The notes beneath the pieces were generated by a model, which was not told the DNA's origin, did not search any database, and saw only the letters and a program-made list of their open reading frames with translations. The translations under genes were made by a program, and so were the position numbers. Shown piece after piece: positions 1-11,865 of a stretch of 54,671 bases of DNA. Every line of letters starts with the position of its first letter. Position 1 is the first letter of the stretch. The stretch spans positions 1 through 54,671 of the forward strand of contig JAHLWZ010000731.1 in assembly GCA_020536535.1 (NCBI GenBank). Reading direction: 5' to 3'. Source of the stretch: Pelomyxa schiedti. Its lineage: Eukaryota; Protista; Evosea.

Positions 1-162
1 CGAAAACGACGCCGTTGTTGCTGTAGTTGTTGTTGCTGTGGTAGGCGGTGGTTGTTCTTCAGGCCGTGCGGTAGTGTGCGCCTGTGTGTCGGCTGGTACA
101 ATGGGTGCACCCGACCACAGGTGTGACAGGAGGTCCACGGTGCAACGATAGACGTACGACAT
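1..162 (-). CDS. 5' end of a hypothetical protein running off the window
   Basis: Open frame from ATG at 162: MSYVYRCTVDLLSHLWSGAPIVPADTQAHTTARPEEQPPPTTATTTT..., low-complexity Thr tract like other genes here. Confidence 0.5.
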   Translation of the reverse strand, partial: MSYVYRCTVDLLSHLWSGAPIVPADTQAHTTARPEEQPPPTTATTTTATTASFS

Positions 163-2842
163 TCTACGTTTACTTGCCCCTTTCTCCGACGCTGGTGAGT
201 TGGCTGAATAAAAACACCAGCCAGAGCGCCGATAACGAAAATGACGGCCTTCCGGTACGTTGATTATTTTATTCCTGATGACATGGGGGTGTGGTGGAGA
301 GATGGAGAGAGGAGAGACGGCTGTGTGACGGTGAGGTAACACAGTGGTTGGTTTTGGCACCGCAGTTATATTGTTGAGTACCGGAGATAAAAGAATACTC
401 AGTCCGGTTCCCGGTTCCCGTTTTCGCTGTGCTGTGTGGCCCACGGTTCCTGGTACTGTTGAATGTGGTGATGACAAAAAGGGAGAGGGATGTACATTGA
501 CCTTCATCTCTGCAGATGGCAATTCCACATCTATTATTACAAGGTGAAACTGGAAAAAGAGAAAGCGAGGAAAGATGCCACAAGCTGCCAGAAATACAGA
601 AAATCATGCCAGGAAATGACTCCTCATACAGGTTGATGGAAAAAGACCTAAAGTAATTTAAAAAGTTGATAAGATAACGAAATAAAGCACAATAAATTGT
701 TAAAATAATTTATTATTTAACACCACTCCATGTGTTCAGATATAAAATAAATAAATTGGGGGTCAAATAACTCTAATTTCCTTTTTTTTGTCGACACCAA
801 GTACCTGGAGGAATGCCAACAAGACTGGAATTGATGGCAGCAGCCTCCACTTGATAGAAACGGCATTCCCAGCTGGAATCATTCATTAGAGCTGGAAAGG
901 AGGAAAACAAGATCCTGGGAAAAAAAAATGCAGAGTGATCCGCAGGATGCAAGTTACCAGAGGGGAGGTCAGTGGGAGGCAAGCAAAAAGAAGTGATACC
1001 CCTGCCCACCGTTGTGTGTTCCCAGTCAGCTATCGAACACGAAAAAATCGTGGGTACGATCCGAAGGTGGAGGTGACAATGATCATTGTTGGGTTGTGGA
1101 GGGGCAACATGTTTTTGGGTGTTGTGTTGTTGGGGAACTGTTTGTTTGACAGTGGGCCGAGGATCCACTCGCCAACAACAAATGTAACCAGTGTCTAAAG
1201 GTTGTGTCTATTTACGTTTTTGTTCCTCCTGGCCTCAACTTCCGCAGCATAAAGCAGTGTGTAGAAAGGCGCTTATAACAAAATACCGCTGTCAGACATG
1301 TTTCGACGGATCTGTCAGTTGAGACACAGGACACTGGCAGGTATACTTCTGTCTCCCTCACGCACTGACTGGGTGGTAAGCAGACCAGCATTCTGTCGCC
1401 ATCCCAGCAGCTTTCCAACAGTGCACCCTTGTGTTGGCGGCCATTGCACCCCCTCCCACAGACCTGGCAGTACCCTTCCATCTTTCAAATTGTATTTTCC
1501 CAACCTCTATGGGAAGGTACTCTGATGTTGGATCGTGGGCACAGCTTGGTTTTTGGCCAGTTGCTGGCATTACTCAGGTCTGCATCCCTATTTTGTTTCT
1601 ATTTGATAATCCTTTATGTAGTTAACCTTGAGCTATGACTTCTGGCCAAGAATTTTTCGGCACAGTCACATGTGCGGCAGGATGCCCCACGTTTTCCGTC
1701 GGAGATGTATTCCATTCTTCATTTGTATTTCATTCTAACTTGTAACACAGGGAATCAATCAGCACTCTGAGAGACCAACTAGCTGGCGAATGCCTTCACT
1801 ATTGCAAGCTGTTTGCAGCACCAAGAAGGAATGGTATCCCCCTTCCGCGCCACAGGGGCCAAAACTGAGGGAATAACCATAGCAGGCATGTAGCCTTCCC
1901 ACTTTTCTTCCTCAGTCTTATGTGTAGCGCAGGTATCACCCCCAATGTTTCTCAGAGTGCCGGCACAGGTCTGTTCCCCCTGTTCCATCTACTTTCTCCC
2001 ATGTGTACTTCAATCTCACCTATTGTAGGAACTAGCCTTGACCGTCGCACTGACAGTAATGAATTGGCACAGTAGGTGTGCTCTCACATCCCGACTAGCA
2101 GCCGGCAGTGCTGCAGTGGCTTGCCTGGCCTGGCACCACCATCTTGGGTCTATGACCCCTTCTAGTAATACTGCCGAGTTCCTAGGAACTCGCATCCACC
2201 AGAACCACGGTATTACTTGCCGGCACCCAAAAGGAACTGTTCCACAGCTGTGTGCATTGTGGGGCACCTCCGCACCCCAGGCAGCCAGGGCACAACTCGC
2301 ACGACGAGAGTCTGTTGTCTCAATTCAATCAGGCCTTTTCGGGGGCCCATAATTTCAAAAAATCCGACATTACTAATTTACCGCGCAAAAATCCGGTGAA
2401 GAAAGAAAAAAAAAAACACAAACGAGATCTGCAACGTGTGGCCCCAAACAAGGATGCATGCCACAAAATGTCACCAACAACACGGACACACAACCGGTAA
2501 ACCACCTTTGTTTTTCGTCGATGTGCTTGCTTGCTTACTTACTTATATCACAGCCAAATCGATCGTGTGTTGTGTCGTGTTCTTCAGCGTGTCGATCAGA
2601 TCTGTGCTGCAAGTGTGAGTGTTTCTCACTCACTTTTTTTTTTGCAAAATAAATCTCACGCGTTCACCAGAGCGACGACAGTTGCAAAGGTGGTTTACTG
2701 GTCGCATCGGCGAATTCTCAATGCTGTCTGTGGTGCTGTGACTTCCTAAAGCAATTGTTATCTGTCATCTCGTTGTGTGGGCGAGACCATCGCCATCGCT
2801 TCATCAGTTTTCCGAGACCATCACTTCCATCCGTCAACAAAG

Positions 2843-3025
2843 ACACACACACGAAGGAATGTGGTGCATTTCCCTACCTGTGTGAGTGAGCCGTATCGCC
2901 GGCGGGGTGATGATTCCACCTTGTCACATCCGGCCTTGAGCAAGCCGGTGCGGTGAGGTGGCACCGTCTCACCGGTTTAAGGTGTGACTCGCCCGCGTGA
3001 GCGGGAGGTGTGACCTCACCCTGTC
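2843..3025 (+). repeat. Copy 1 of a ~180-nt structured direct repeat (candidate ncRNA)
   Basis: Aligns to 3714-3896 (offset 871); 2916-2990 identical; several hairpins including a GTGA (GNRA) tetraloop stem. Confidence 0.85.
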
Positions 3026-3713
3026 ACACACACTTGACACTGTGTGCGGTGGGACTTGGCCGTGTCTCCTGTGTGCTGCATTCTTCATCATCACCCACCC
3101 ACTCATCTTTGTGCATCGTCTTCGTCAGTCATGCCATATGTCACATCATCATCATGCATCCTCGTCGCGGACACACATTCAATCCGTTCCGTTACCATCA
3201 CTTCCCGCTCGTTCCCGCTCGCCCTGCATAGCTTGCTTCTTCATCGTCATCGATTGGCTTGGCTTGGCTTGGCTTTGAACTTAGAGTTGAAATTCGATCT
3301 GATCTGGATTTGTCAGCGGCAATAACTCTCAGGTCTCCAGCGACCCTTTTCCCTCAATTTTTATTGTTGTGTTTAGATTACATTGGTGATCATTGAGAGC
3401 ACAGCCTATATCCTACGGTTCAAATATTCTTCGTGTTTAGTTTATGCTTACTCGTAAACAGCAAAGCAACGAATGATTGTCATGTTCTCATTTCTTCCTG
3501 TTATTATGTTTGGATGGTGGCACAACAACACAAGATATTATCATCTCTTCCTCCTATCAAGGTTTGTAACCTTGTTGTTGTTGCTTCATCTCAAGATTTC
3601 TCACAGATTAGAGTGATGTTGGGGGTTGTTGTTGTTGACTGCTCAAACCCCAAGATCTACAAGGATTTATCGACAAGGATTTCAAGATCATCCATCCATC
3701 AACAACTCGACAC

Positions 3714-3896
3714 CACACACACACGAAGGGATGGGTGCATTTCCCTACCCACGTGAGTGAGCCATATCGCTGGCAGGGTGATGATCCCACCTTGTCACAT
3801 CCGGCCTTGAGCAAGCCGGTGCGGTGAGGTGGCACCGTCTCACCGGTTTAAGGTGTGACTCACCTGCGTGAGCAGGAGGTGTGACCTCGCCCTGTC
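3714..3896 (+). repeat. Copy 2 of the ~180-nt structured direct repeat (candidate ncRNA)
   Basis: Aligns to 2843-3025; the substitutions in the main stems preserve pairing. Confidence 0.85.
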
Positions 3897-4086
3897 GCAG
3901 GCTCAGACAGTCACCACGCTTTGCTGATGCTAAGTAAATCATTGTGACTTGTGTTCTCTCCGGCTCAGATACACCAAGAGTGCTGGAACAACGATTTCCT
4001 CCTCCTAGTACTGCACTTATTGCTTCACACTTTGTCCAGCATTACCAACAATAAAAGCACCACCAGTTGGCACAGAAAAAACAACG

Positions 4087-4269
4087 AAGCAGGCAGGTGT
4101 GACAGTGCAGAAGGAGGTTTCCAATGAAACTGAAGGGAGAATTGACCTCCTGGTGGAGGACAATCCTCCTCCACAGATTCTGGACATCTCCATTGTGTGC
4201 CCAAACATCAGCCCAGCTCACCAAATCCCCAAATCCCTTGACAATGCCTCAAAGCAGGAGCAACGCAAA
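4087..4269 (+). mobile_element. Internal fragment of the CRE-like non-LTR retrotransposon (RLE region)
   Basis: Matches 8961-9143 with two CpG-type transitions; encodes VTVQKEVSNETEGRIDLL...EQRK. Confidence 0.9.
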
Positions 4270-4489
4270 TGTCAAATTAGGAATGACAGTGGGGATTCCA
4301 GAGAAGGGGCACAGACATAAGAGACTGACACAGTGACGAGGCGCCGCCCCGTTGTTGGGTCTCTCACCTCAACAGAATAACCATGCGGTNNNNNNNNNNN
4401 NNNNNNNNNNNNNNNNNNNNNNNNNNNNNNNNNNNNNNNNNNNNNNNNNNNNNNNNNNNNNNNNNNNNNNNNNNNNNNNNNNNNNNNNN

Positions 4490-4752
4490 GCGTAGCTGCG
4501 CACGCCCCAGCCGTCCTGCGTGCCGTTGTGGAACTCGCCCTCGTGCGTGTCTCCGTTGGGCCAGGCGTACACGCCGCGGCCGTGCATCTTGCCGTCCCGC
4601 CACTCGCCGTGGTACGTGCGGCCGTCTGGCCAGGTGTAGGCGCCGCAGCCGTCGCGCTTGTTGTTGACGAGGCGCCCTGTGTACGTACCGTCAGGCGACG
4701 TTTTGTTGTCGTCCACGACCATCGTCACTGTCCCGATGCACGTATCCGACAT
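4490..4752 (-). CDS. MORN-repeat protein, 3' part lost in the assembly gap
   Basis: Repeats YTGRLVNNKRDGCGAYTWPDG / YHGEWRDGKMHGRGVYAWPNG / HEGEFHNGTQDGWG match the MORN consensus YxGxWxxGxxHGxGxYxxxxG. Confidence 0.9.
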
Positions 4753-5099
4753 CGTACACGCAGAAAAGGGCTGTGAAAAAAAACACAAAGGAGTGTTGCC
4801 GTCATTTCTTTCGGTCGTTCTTGCTGGAAACGAGAAAAAAACGACGATCTACGTACTTGTCTTTGGGAGCACCAAAAATTCTACAGGATGTGTCTCACAG
4901 AACACCAGAAAAAGTTACTTCCTCAAATTGTTCAATGGATCGGACATTTTGGGTTTTTGCCTCAAGACACTCTTTGGAGTTGGAGGGTAATTTAATTTCA
5001 CAAGCATGAGGTTTCTTCTTCAGCTCGTTTTGCACATTTGTGGTGAACTGGGTACTTGCACGCTTTTTTTTTTTTGAGTGTTTGTGTGAAATGGAATGC

Positions 5100-6182
5100 G
5101 GCTTTACAAGATAGAAAAGTAGAAAGCGGGAGTAATACCTGCGGGATTGTACTCCAACCCCAAAACTGTAAGATGTCATCAACGAGGGGTTTTTTTTGGT
5201 AGTTGTGTGCAGTGCGGAAGTTTTACCTTGCAATCAGTGAATTCAGTGAAGTTGATTGTCACAAAATCGTGCTTCTTCCCTTTTCTGTTAAGAGTTGGAA
5301 TGGTGGAAAATTCAAGTGTCATATTACCATGTGTGCTGTGGCCAGCATTCTATCAATGGAATCCGTGATTGCACCTCCGGATGAAGTTCCACAGAAAGAG
5401 ATATTATTCACCTTGCCCCATTGCTGCAGAAGATTAATAGATTTAGTCAGTAATTTGCAGATCCGAGGAGCTCAAAATTATTTCTTAGTATTAAGCAAGA
5501 AAAATACAAAAATAAAGGTATTAACGGAATGGGAGACACCTGAGCCGTGTCTTGGGTCACCAAGGGTGCTGTTTCACTTTCGTACCTTGGAACCAGCAAT
5601 CTCGGTGCTTGTGGGGCATATTTCTCGACTATCCCTTTTTTTCTTCTGTCTTGTTATTTGGTTGCGTTTTTGTTTGTGTTTTTTTAGGGTAGTTGTAATA
5701 ATATCCTATGTAGTGTATACTGCACCTTGGACCAAATAACAATGCAAAGAAGAAAAAAAGTACCGCTTGCAAAAACAAAAACAAAAGCAAAAGCAAAAGC
5801 AAAAGCACAAGCACAAGCACAAGCACAAGCACAAGCACAAGCACAAGCACAAGCACAAGCAAAAGCAAAAGCAAAAGCAAAAGCAAAAGCAAAAGCAAAA
5901 GCAAAAGCAACAAAAGAAAAAACACAACACACAACACACAACACACGCACCTTGTCATTTAGCATGGTGGCCACGAAGTCGACGCCGCACGACGGTTCCC
6001 TCGCCACCAGCGGCGTCCTGGGCGCCCCCGCGCTCGCGTTGAGCGCCCCGTGCGACGGCGACGGCGGCGGTGACCCCGGCGACGACGGGTGCCGGCATGG
6101 CCACGACGGCCTGGCTGTCCTTGGGGTCGTTGGCCAGCACCACCACCTTGCGCACCCTGAACGGCGACGACACGGGCTGCAT
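5100..6182 (-). pseudogene. Highly degenerate small-GTPase-like gene, apparent frameshift in exon 1
   Basis: Segments VRKVVVL, CGVDFVATMLNDK|GT and QQWGKVNNISFCGTSS resemble Rab beta1, switch I GVDF and the G5 region; the first two are in different frames. Confidence 0.3.
5771..5909. repeat. Compound hexamer microsatellite (GCAAAA)n(GCACAA)n(GCAAAA)n
   Basis: Directly visible; probably intronic in the minus-strand gene. Confidence 0.95.
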
Positions 6183-6349
6183 CGCGTTGAGCGACGACGA
6201 AGAGGAAGAAGTGGCCGCTGATGATTCGTTTATCTAATTGCTTGTTGGTCGTTGAGTCGTTGGCTGTGTATTGAAAGACGGAAAATTGTGTTGTTGTAAC
6301 TTCTCGTAACTCGCTTACTGATGCACATTTCAGCTGTGTTGCGTGTTCC

Positions 6350-7677
6350 ATGTGCGATCAAAGAATGACCGTTTCGGCGTTGTTGAAGGCAAAGGACCAG
6401 TTTGTGGCCATCGCATGCGCTCCCATAACTCACTTTTCTAATGATGGACGGTAGGTCTTTCAAACAACACGCGACATGATCGTCAAAATAGATAAAAACA
6501 ATTGTTTAACAAGAGGCATAAATGAGTCTAATGTAATTTTGTCCATCAACAGAGTGACACCAGCACCACCTATTTGTCACATGGCATCAATACCGTCATT
6601 GTTGGTTGAGTGGGGTAGAAAATGGGTGATGTCTGTGGAATCAAGGAGGGTGTGCACTGTAAATTTTTATCCACAGGGTAAAAGTGAGATAGTACACCTA
6701 TGGGTGCTGGTGTCACCAACACTGGGTGTTGTTGACTGTGGTTCATTCACGTGCCCAAACCCAGACTGTGACAGCATCATTATTGGAGCATTAGGTGATG
6801 GGAACACATTCCTGATGGAGGGACACCACTCTGGTGACGATTATTCAGCCGGCCAGATGGTGTTTTTGGCAGACAGGAATGGGTTGCATGTGAGGACCCT
6901 GGCCAATGTGGCTGATGCAGGTGACTTCGAACTGGTTGGCCTGAACGCAAGCTGGCTCATTTTCTACTTTTTCTCACAGGTGCACCTGTGGAGGCTTGTT
7001 GATGGATGCGTGACAGATGATGAGAGGAATGACGGTATCAGGCTCGACATCGACTGGGATCCCTCTGGGTTCGCTGTGGTGTGGTTGTTCTTTGGTGGGA
7101 CTGGAACTTGTTGCCAGATTTGAACAAAGCCATCTTGAGGAGGGGTGATGCAGTTTCGTCTGAGGTACTGTTTGTAGACTTGCTGAGCACATTTGAGAGC
7201 AAGACACTGGTAATTGCCAAGGTTATCAGCACACCACCGAGAGCTTTAAGTGCCATCTGGATTGACAACACACTCCACACAGTACACTTGGATGAATCAA
7301 CGGCTTATGTGTTCAACACCAACACAAAGGAAACAGTGCACACGTTCTCGTTTCCATCCTTCAATCCGAGAAACCTTGGTCCACACCACCTGTGCCTCGT
7401 TGGCACAAGTGAAGGAATGAGAGTGTTCCATTCATCTGACCTCACCACTCCCTGTTGTGTTCATCACCTTCCAGTTTGCCAGCCCACAAGCTGTGGCTTC
7501 GTTCCTGTGTTGATTGTTCTAGCACCATCAACTGATCCAGAAATGGCAACGAACCACGCCCGTGTTGTTCGTTTGTGTGATACCATTTCTGGAATTGTAC
7601 TTGCAAGTTTGCATTGGCAGCTTCGTAAAGAGAAGTCCCACCAACTACAACGTCCACTGAATACTTGGAATTCCTGA
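6350..7677 (+). pseudogene. Divergent member of the lineage-specific 'QFxAL...D..SG' family, frameshifted near 7085
   Basis: Exon 1 has KAKDQFVAIA, then WGRKWVM, VSPTLGVV and C-terminal LCDTISGIVL; coding switches from ORF 6476-7123 to ORF 7081-7677. Confidence 0.55.
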
Positions 7678-7814
7678 GAGACTTATAAGCCCTGAACTAT
7701 TTCACCACAACCTCCACCAGAGCAATTAAATTTGGGACTCACACCAAAAACATCAAAATCGGTGAAAAATGCGAGTTTCTCTGTGCCCTGTGGAGGGAAA
7801 AATCTGGGTGCTGG

Positions 7815-9398
7815 GTGGCAACCTGGGCCAAAAAACAGCCGATGATATCCCCCTGGTTTGGTTGCGTCTGTGTCTGCTGCAAGGGAGAAATGAATTTTTT
7901 ACTTGAAAAAGACCCTGGACTAAGAAGCTCAGCTGAAAGGCACCCAGTTGTGCATCACCTGTTCTACCTTGATGATGGCACCTTGATTGGCCCAACCAAG
8001 GACTGTCTGAAGGCCTTTACATACCTGCAGAATGCCCTTCCCAAACTGGGTCTCCACCTTAACCCTGCCAAATGCACCATCTTCAACAAAGACACCACCC
8101 TCATGCAGAACAACAGGGGACTGACCCTCTCCCCAGAAGGTATCAAAGTTCTCGGCTCTTTCATTGGAGAAGAGGACTTTGTGGCAAGGTCAGTCAAGCT
8201 GAAGGTCAACATGTGGGCTGGCAACATCCACACGCTGGAGCAATTAAAATCATTCCAGCTCCGCCTCCTCATGTTGAGGCACACCCTAGCCCAAAACCCA
8301 AACTACCTCTGCCGAACTACCCCAACAGAGGGGTCTTGGTTTACTCCACTGAACAGCAGCATGTACAATCTCCTCCAGGGCATGCTGAAATCGGCAATTC
8401 CACCAAAAAATCAAGGCTTGGTTCACTGGCCTGCAAAGCAGGGAGGCCTGGGGCTTCCCAATTTCCAGGCAATGCACAAGATCTGTATCCAGAGTTCATG
8501 GCATGAAACCCAGCACCTTCCCCCCAGCATCAGCTCCCAACCCCCTTATGTGGATCCCATCCCAGAGAAAATTGTGCAGGAACTCCAAGGAAAACAACCG
8601 ACGGCAAAACTCCAAAAGAAGATAGCTAGGTTGTGTTTTGAGGAGAACAAGCGCAATTGGATGGAGAATGCTTCCCTAACCGAAAAAGCCATTGTGCAAA
8701 GCAACAAGGCACACATGGCCTCAAGATGGACCAAGGTCATTCCCTCAATCCCTCAGCTCACCCTCTCAAACGATTCCATCACATTGTGCATGGCCCACTG
8801 CCTCTGTGTGTCAGCGGTCCCCAACACCATTGGCTTGAGGAGAGTGTGCTGTTGTGGGCATGCCCTGGACCCACACGACACTCACTTACTGAGCTGTAAA
8901 CGAGGGGGCCTTCAAATCAGAAGACATGATGCAGTTGTCAACTTGCTTTACCAGCTGGCAAAGCAGGCAGGTGTGACAGTGCAGAAGGAGGTTTCCAATG
9001 AAACCGAAGGGAGAATTGACCTCCTGGTGGAGGACAATCCTCCTCCACAGATTCTGGACATCTCCATTGTGTGCCCAAACATCAGCCCAGCTCGCCAAAT
9101 CCCCAAATCCCTTGACAATGCCTCAAAGCAGGAGCAACGCAAACGGGCAAAGTGGTTGCCCAGGTGCTCAGACAGGTATGTGTTTACTCCTGTATGCTGG
9201 GAGTCAACAGGAGCACCAACAGAACTCACGTGTTCATTTGTCAACAGCCTCATCTCTGTGCTGGATGACAAGGAGTTTGAACCCCCCAATTGGGCCTGTA
9301 GAACCCCAAAGGCCTTCTGGTGGGACAAACTCTACACCAGCATCATCAACAACACTGCGGCTCACCTCCGCAGAGTCACCACCAACACTGCACCCTAG
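7815..9398 (+). CDS. Reverse transcriptase (C-terminal half) + CCHC + restriction-like endonuclease ORF
   Basis: Uninterrupted, intronless 527-aa ORF; RT motifs upstream of YLDD (e.g. QGDPL) are absent, consistent with 5' truncation. Confidence 0.85.
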   Translation: MATWAKKQPMISPWFGCVCVCCKGEMNFLLEKDPGLRSSAERHPVVHHLFYLDDGTLIGPTKDCLKAFTYLQNALPKLGLHLNPAKCTIFNKDTTLMQNNRGLTLSPEGIKVLGSFIGEEDFVARSVKLKVNMWAGNIHTLEQLKSFQLRLLMLRHTLAQNPNYLCRTTPTEGSWFTPLNSSMYNLLQGMLKSAIPPKNQGLVHWPAKQGGLGLPNFQAMHKICIQSSWHETQHLPPSISSQPPYVDPIPEKIVQELQGKQPTAKLQKKIARLCFEENKRNWMENASLTEKAIVQSNKAHMASRWTKVIPSIPQLTLSNDSITLCMAHCLCVSAVPNTIGLRRVCCCGHALDPHDTHLLSCKRGGLQIRRHDAVVNLLYQLAKQAGVTVQKEVSNETEGRIDLLVEDNPPPQILDISIVCPNISPARQIPKSLDNASKQEQRKRAKWLPRCSDRYVFTPVCWESTGAPTELTCSFVNSLISVLDDKEFEPPNWACRTPKAFWWDKLYTSIINNTAAHLRRVTTNTAP

Positions 9399-9464
9399 GG
9401 GATGATGGATTCAGGCATCATCCTTTAGATTATTGTAACTCACCAGTGAACCAATTAAAAAAAA
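7881..9464 (+). mobile_element. 5'-truncated CRE-clade (RLE-type) non-LTR retrotransposon with 3' UTR and short poly(A)
   Basis: RT motifs FYLDDGTL, LGLHLNPAKC, IKVLGSFIG and thumb GGLGLP; Zn knuckle CCCG-x7-H-x3-C; RHD, GRIDLL..ILDISI and EQRKRAKW restriction-like endonuclease; stop at 9398; UTR hairpin; A-run about 9456-9464. Confidence 0.9.
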
Positions 9465-9499
9465 ACAACGAAAAAAGGAGAAGGAACCACCCCACTTGG

Positions 9500-10843
9500 T
9501 TTTTGCAGAAAAGGGCAGAAAATTGTGACTGGCTTTGACCAGGTCCCTGGGAGTGGCGCTGCTTCTGCGTAGGTACATGACCCCCATTGTTACGTGGCCC
9601 CTGCCATCCCAGACTTGGCAGCCCTTTGAACCAGAGAAAATGCTTTCGCTTCGTCCTTTTCGCCTCCTCCCTTTCCTCCCTCCAGGTAGTAGAGCAGCAG
9701 CGAGCTTGAACAACCGCAGCGATTCCACCTGGTGGTTCTCTTTCCCTTTCCCACCGCAGCAGTCAGTGTTGCCAAGTTCCAGTGCCATGGAGTACTGCGC
9801 GCCTGGCAATCCCTGGTCACAGGCGAGCTTGAGCCACCTCAGCCACTCGTGCGTGCTTCTTGGCTGGGTCTCCTTCCTCGGCCACAGACCACGCCATTTG
9901 AAACTGGCACCATGAGTCCCCCTTTTCGGCTCCGATTTGAAGCAGCCTGAGGCCCTCTTCCCGGTTCAAAGCCACCCCCATTGGCGAGCTGACGTTACGG
10001 TACATCGCACCCAGTTGATGGAGGGCAAGGCAGAACCCCTGTGACGCAAGACCGCTGCAAGTACTCCAAGTGGGTATGCTCACCACCACCACCACTCTGG
10101 GCCGCTTAAGATACAGCCAGTACTGCGCCATTTGGTTGCCACCGTCGGACGCCGTCTTGATGTGCTCCATGCTCTTTGTTTCATCAGTGAACGGCCATGA
10201 CCCGTACTGTTGGGAGAGTGCGAGGCCAAGTAAAACGTGTGCCAGCATGAACAACTTCAAGCTGCTGTCGCGTTCTCTTTTTTCCTCTGAACCATGTCAT
10301 TATTAGTCTGGAGAGGGGAGCTGGGGGCAAAAAGAAAAGAAAAGGAAAGGAAAGGAAAGGAAAGGAAAGGAAAGGAAAGGAAAGGAAAGGAAAGGAAAGG
10401 AAAGGAAAGGAAAGGAAAGGAAAGGAAAGGAAAGGAAAGGAAAGAAAAGAAAAGGAAAACCCAAACCAGTGGATGATGAAGCAGTCAAAACACAGGGATG
10501 CTTCAGGGAAACCAAAGATTGTAGGAAATCGACCATCCATTGATGTATCGGCAGCGGGTGATGCTTCGTGGCGACACAGAACTTGTCAGCCACAGACACC
10601 TCAAGTGGCTCCAGCAGCCTTGGATCCGTCAGCACCAGGCAATACCACACCATGTGCCCAAGTGCTGCTGACACCGGCGCTGGTTGTGCTGGTGTTGGTG
10701 CTGGTGGTTGTGCTGATGGTTGTGTTGGTTGTTGTCGTTGCGACGCTGCCAAGGAACAACCAACCACTCGGTTTCACGTGCTGGAGATACACTTCCCTTT
10801 GTTGTTGTTGTTCGTTGTTGTTGTTTGTGCTGCGGTGGTCCAT
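9500..10843 (-). pseudogene. Sel1-like repeat protein, frameshifted and cut off at the retrotransposon 3' end
   Basis: Sel1-like units (ASQGFCLALHQLGAMYRN..GVALNREEGLRLLQIGAEKGDSWCQFQM; ACDQGLPGAQYSM; AAKSGMAGA..MGVMYL..PRDLVKA) are spread over several frames. Confidence 0.7.
10331..10458. repeat. (GAAAG)n pentamer microsatellite in an intron of the Sel1 gene
   Basis: Directly visible. Confidence 0.95.
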
Positions 10844-11060
10844 TACATGATGATGGGCAGGCACACACCACCTTGGGCCGAGGATGAGTTTCAATGACAG
10901 GTGGTACGCTCTTGATTGGTGTCGCAATCGTCGGCCCAAGTGTGAAGGCAATCCGTGGAAAGGCAGTGACGAGCTGTTCTGTGACTGCTGGACCTGTTTT
11001 GAGTTGAGAGGATTCCGTTTTGAAGAAGAACAGTTTTTATGGGTTGGCTTCACATTCACT

Positions 11061-11643
11061 TCACAACAAATTAATTTTGTCCTTGATGATTGCAACACGG
11101 CATTCAGGGCACTTCTTCATGACTGTGGCACACTGTGTGTTGTTGTTTTGTTGTTTTGAGTAAATGGACGAACAGACTGCAAAAAAAAAAAAAAGAAAGA
11201 AAGAGTACAGACACACAGACAAACCTGGGAGCACAGGACGATGTGACCACAAGGCTGCAACTGCACGTTTGGTGGCCTCTCATCACACTCCATGCAAACG
11301 TTGCTGAGGCTGTTGTGCCTGTTGTTGTTCACCACCACCACCGAGGAAACATAGGCTTGTAGTGTCCCAGCGACGAGCGTCGTGGTGGCCGTGCATCCTG
11401 GACCATCAGCAGCATAGCGCCCCGTCGGTGTTGATGATTCTGGAGTGTGATTACGTTGCTGAATGGAATATTGATGAGAGGGTGTTGCCGATGATGTTGC
11501 TTTTGAAACCATGAGATCAAACATGGCTTGTTGAGCCTGAGGGAGCAACTCAGAGAGCTGAGACCACACACCAGGCACTCCAATGAACCTCTCATCACCC
11601 TCCAGCCCTCGCTGAAGCTCCAACTTGCCTTTGTGTTTCCTCT
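11061..11643 (-). CDS. Protein with C-terminal C3HC4 RING finger (E3 ligase-like), 5' part in the gap
   Basis: CMECDERPPNVQLQPCGHIVLCSQ|intron|CATVMKKCPECRVAI, an IAP/MIB-type RING pattern. Confidence 0.85.
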
Positions 11644-11743
11644 NNNNNNNNNNNNNNNNNNNNNNNNNNNNNNNNNNNNNNNNNNNNNNNNNNNNNNNNN
11701 NNNNNNNNNNNNNNNNNNNNNNNNNNNNNNNNNNNNNNNNNNN

Positions 11744-11864
11744 ACGCAAACGGGCAAAGTGGTTGCCCAGGTGCTCAGACAGGTATGTGTTTACTCCTGT
11801 ATGCTGGGAGTCAACAGGAGCACCAACTGAACTCACGTGTTCATTTGTCAACAGCCTCATCTCT
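11744..11864 (+). mobile_element. Second fragment of the CRE-like retrotransposon
   Basis: Matches 9137-9257 with one substitution. Confidence 0.9.
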
Positions 11865-11865
11865 C

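Noticed and set aside
773-2400. Fragmentary minus-strand ORFs, possibly a decayed gene or TE
   Set aside because: No recognisable motif or termini
2843-3025. U3 snoRNA, HDV ribozyme or group II intron domain V identity for the structured repeat
   Set aside because: Only partial motifs (GAGTGAG/GTGATGA, GCC..TCGC.GGC, GAGCCGTAT); no proper box A'/D, no P1/P1.1 pseudoknot, no D5 3' arm
2843-3896. Pair of LTRs (TRIM)
   Set aside because: No clear TG...CA ends, TSD, PBS or PPT seen; not fully excluded
5629-6042. Poly-AK/QK/LV ORFs in the ORF track
   Set aside because: Translations of a hexamer microsatellite
7810-7826. hAT-like terminal motif GTGGCAACC(C)TG here and at 40439
   Set aside because: No partner TIR or 8-bp TSD found
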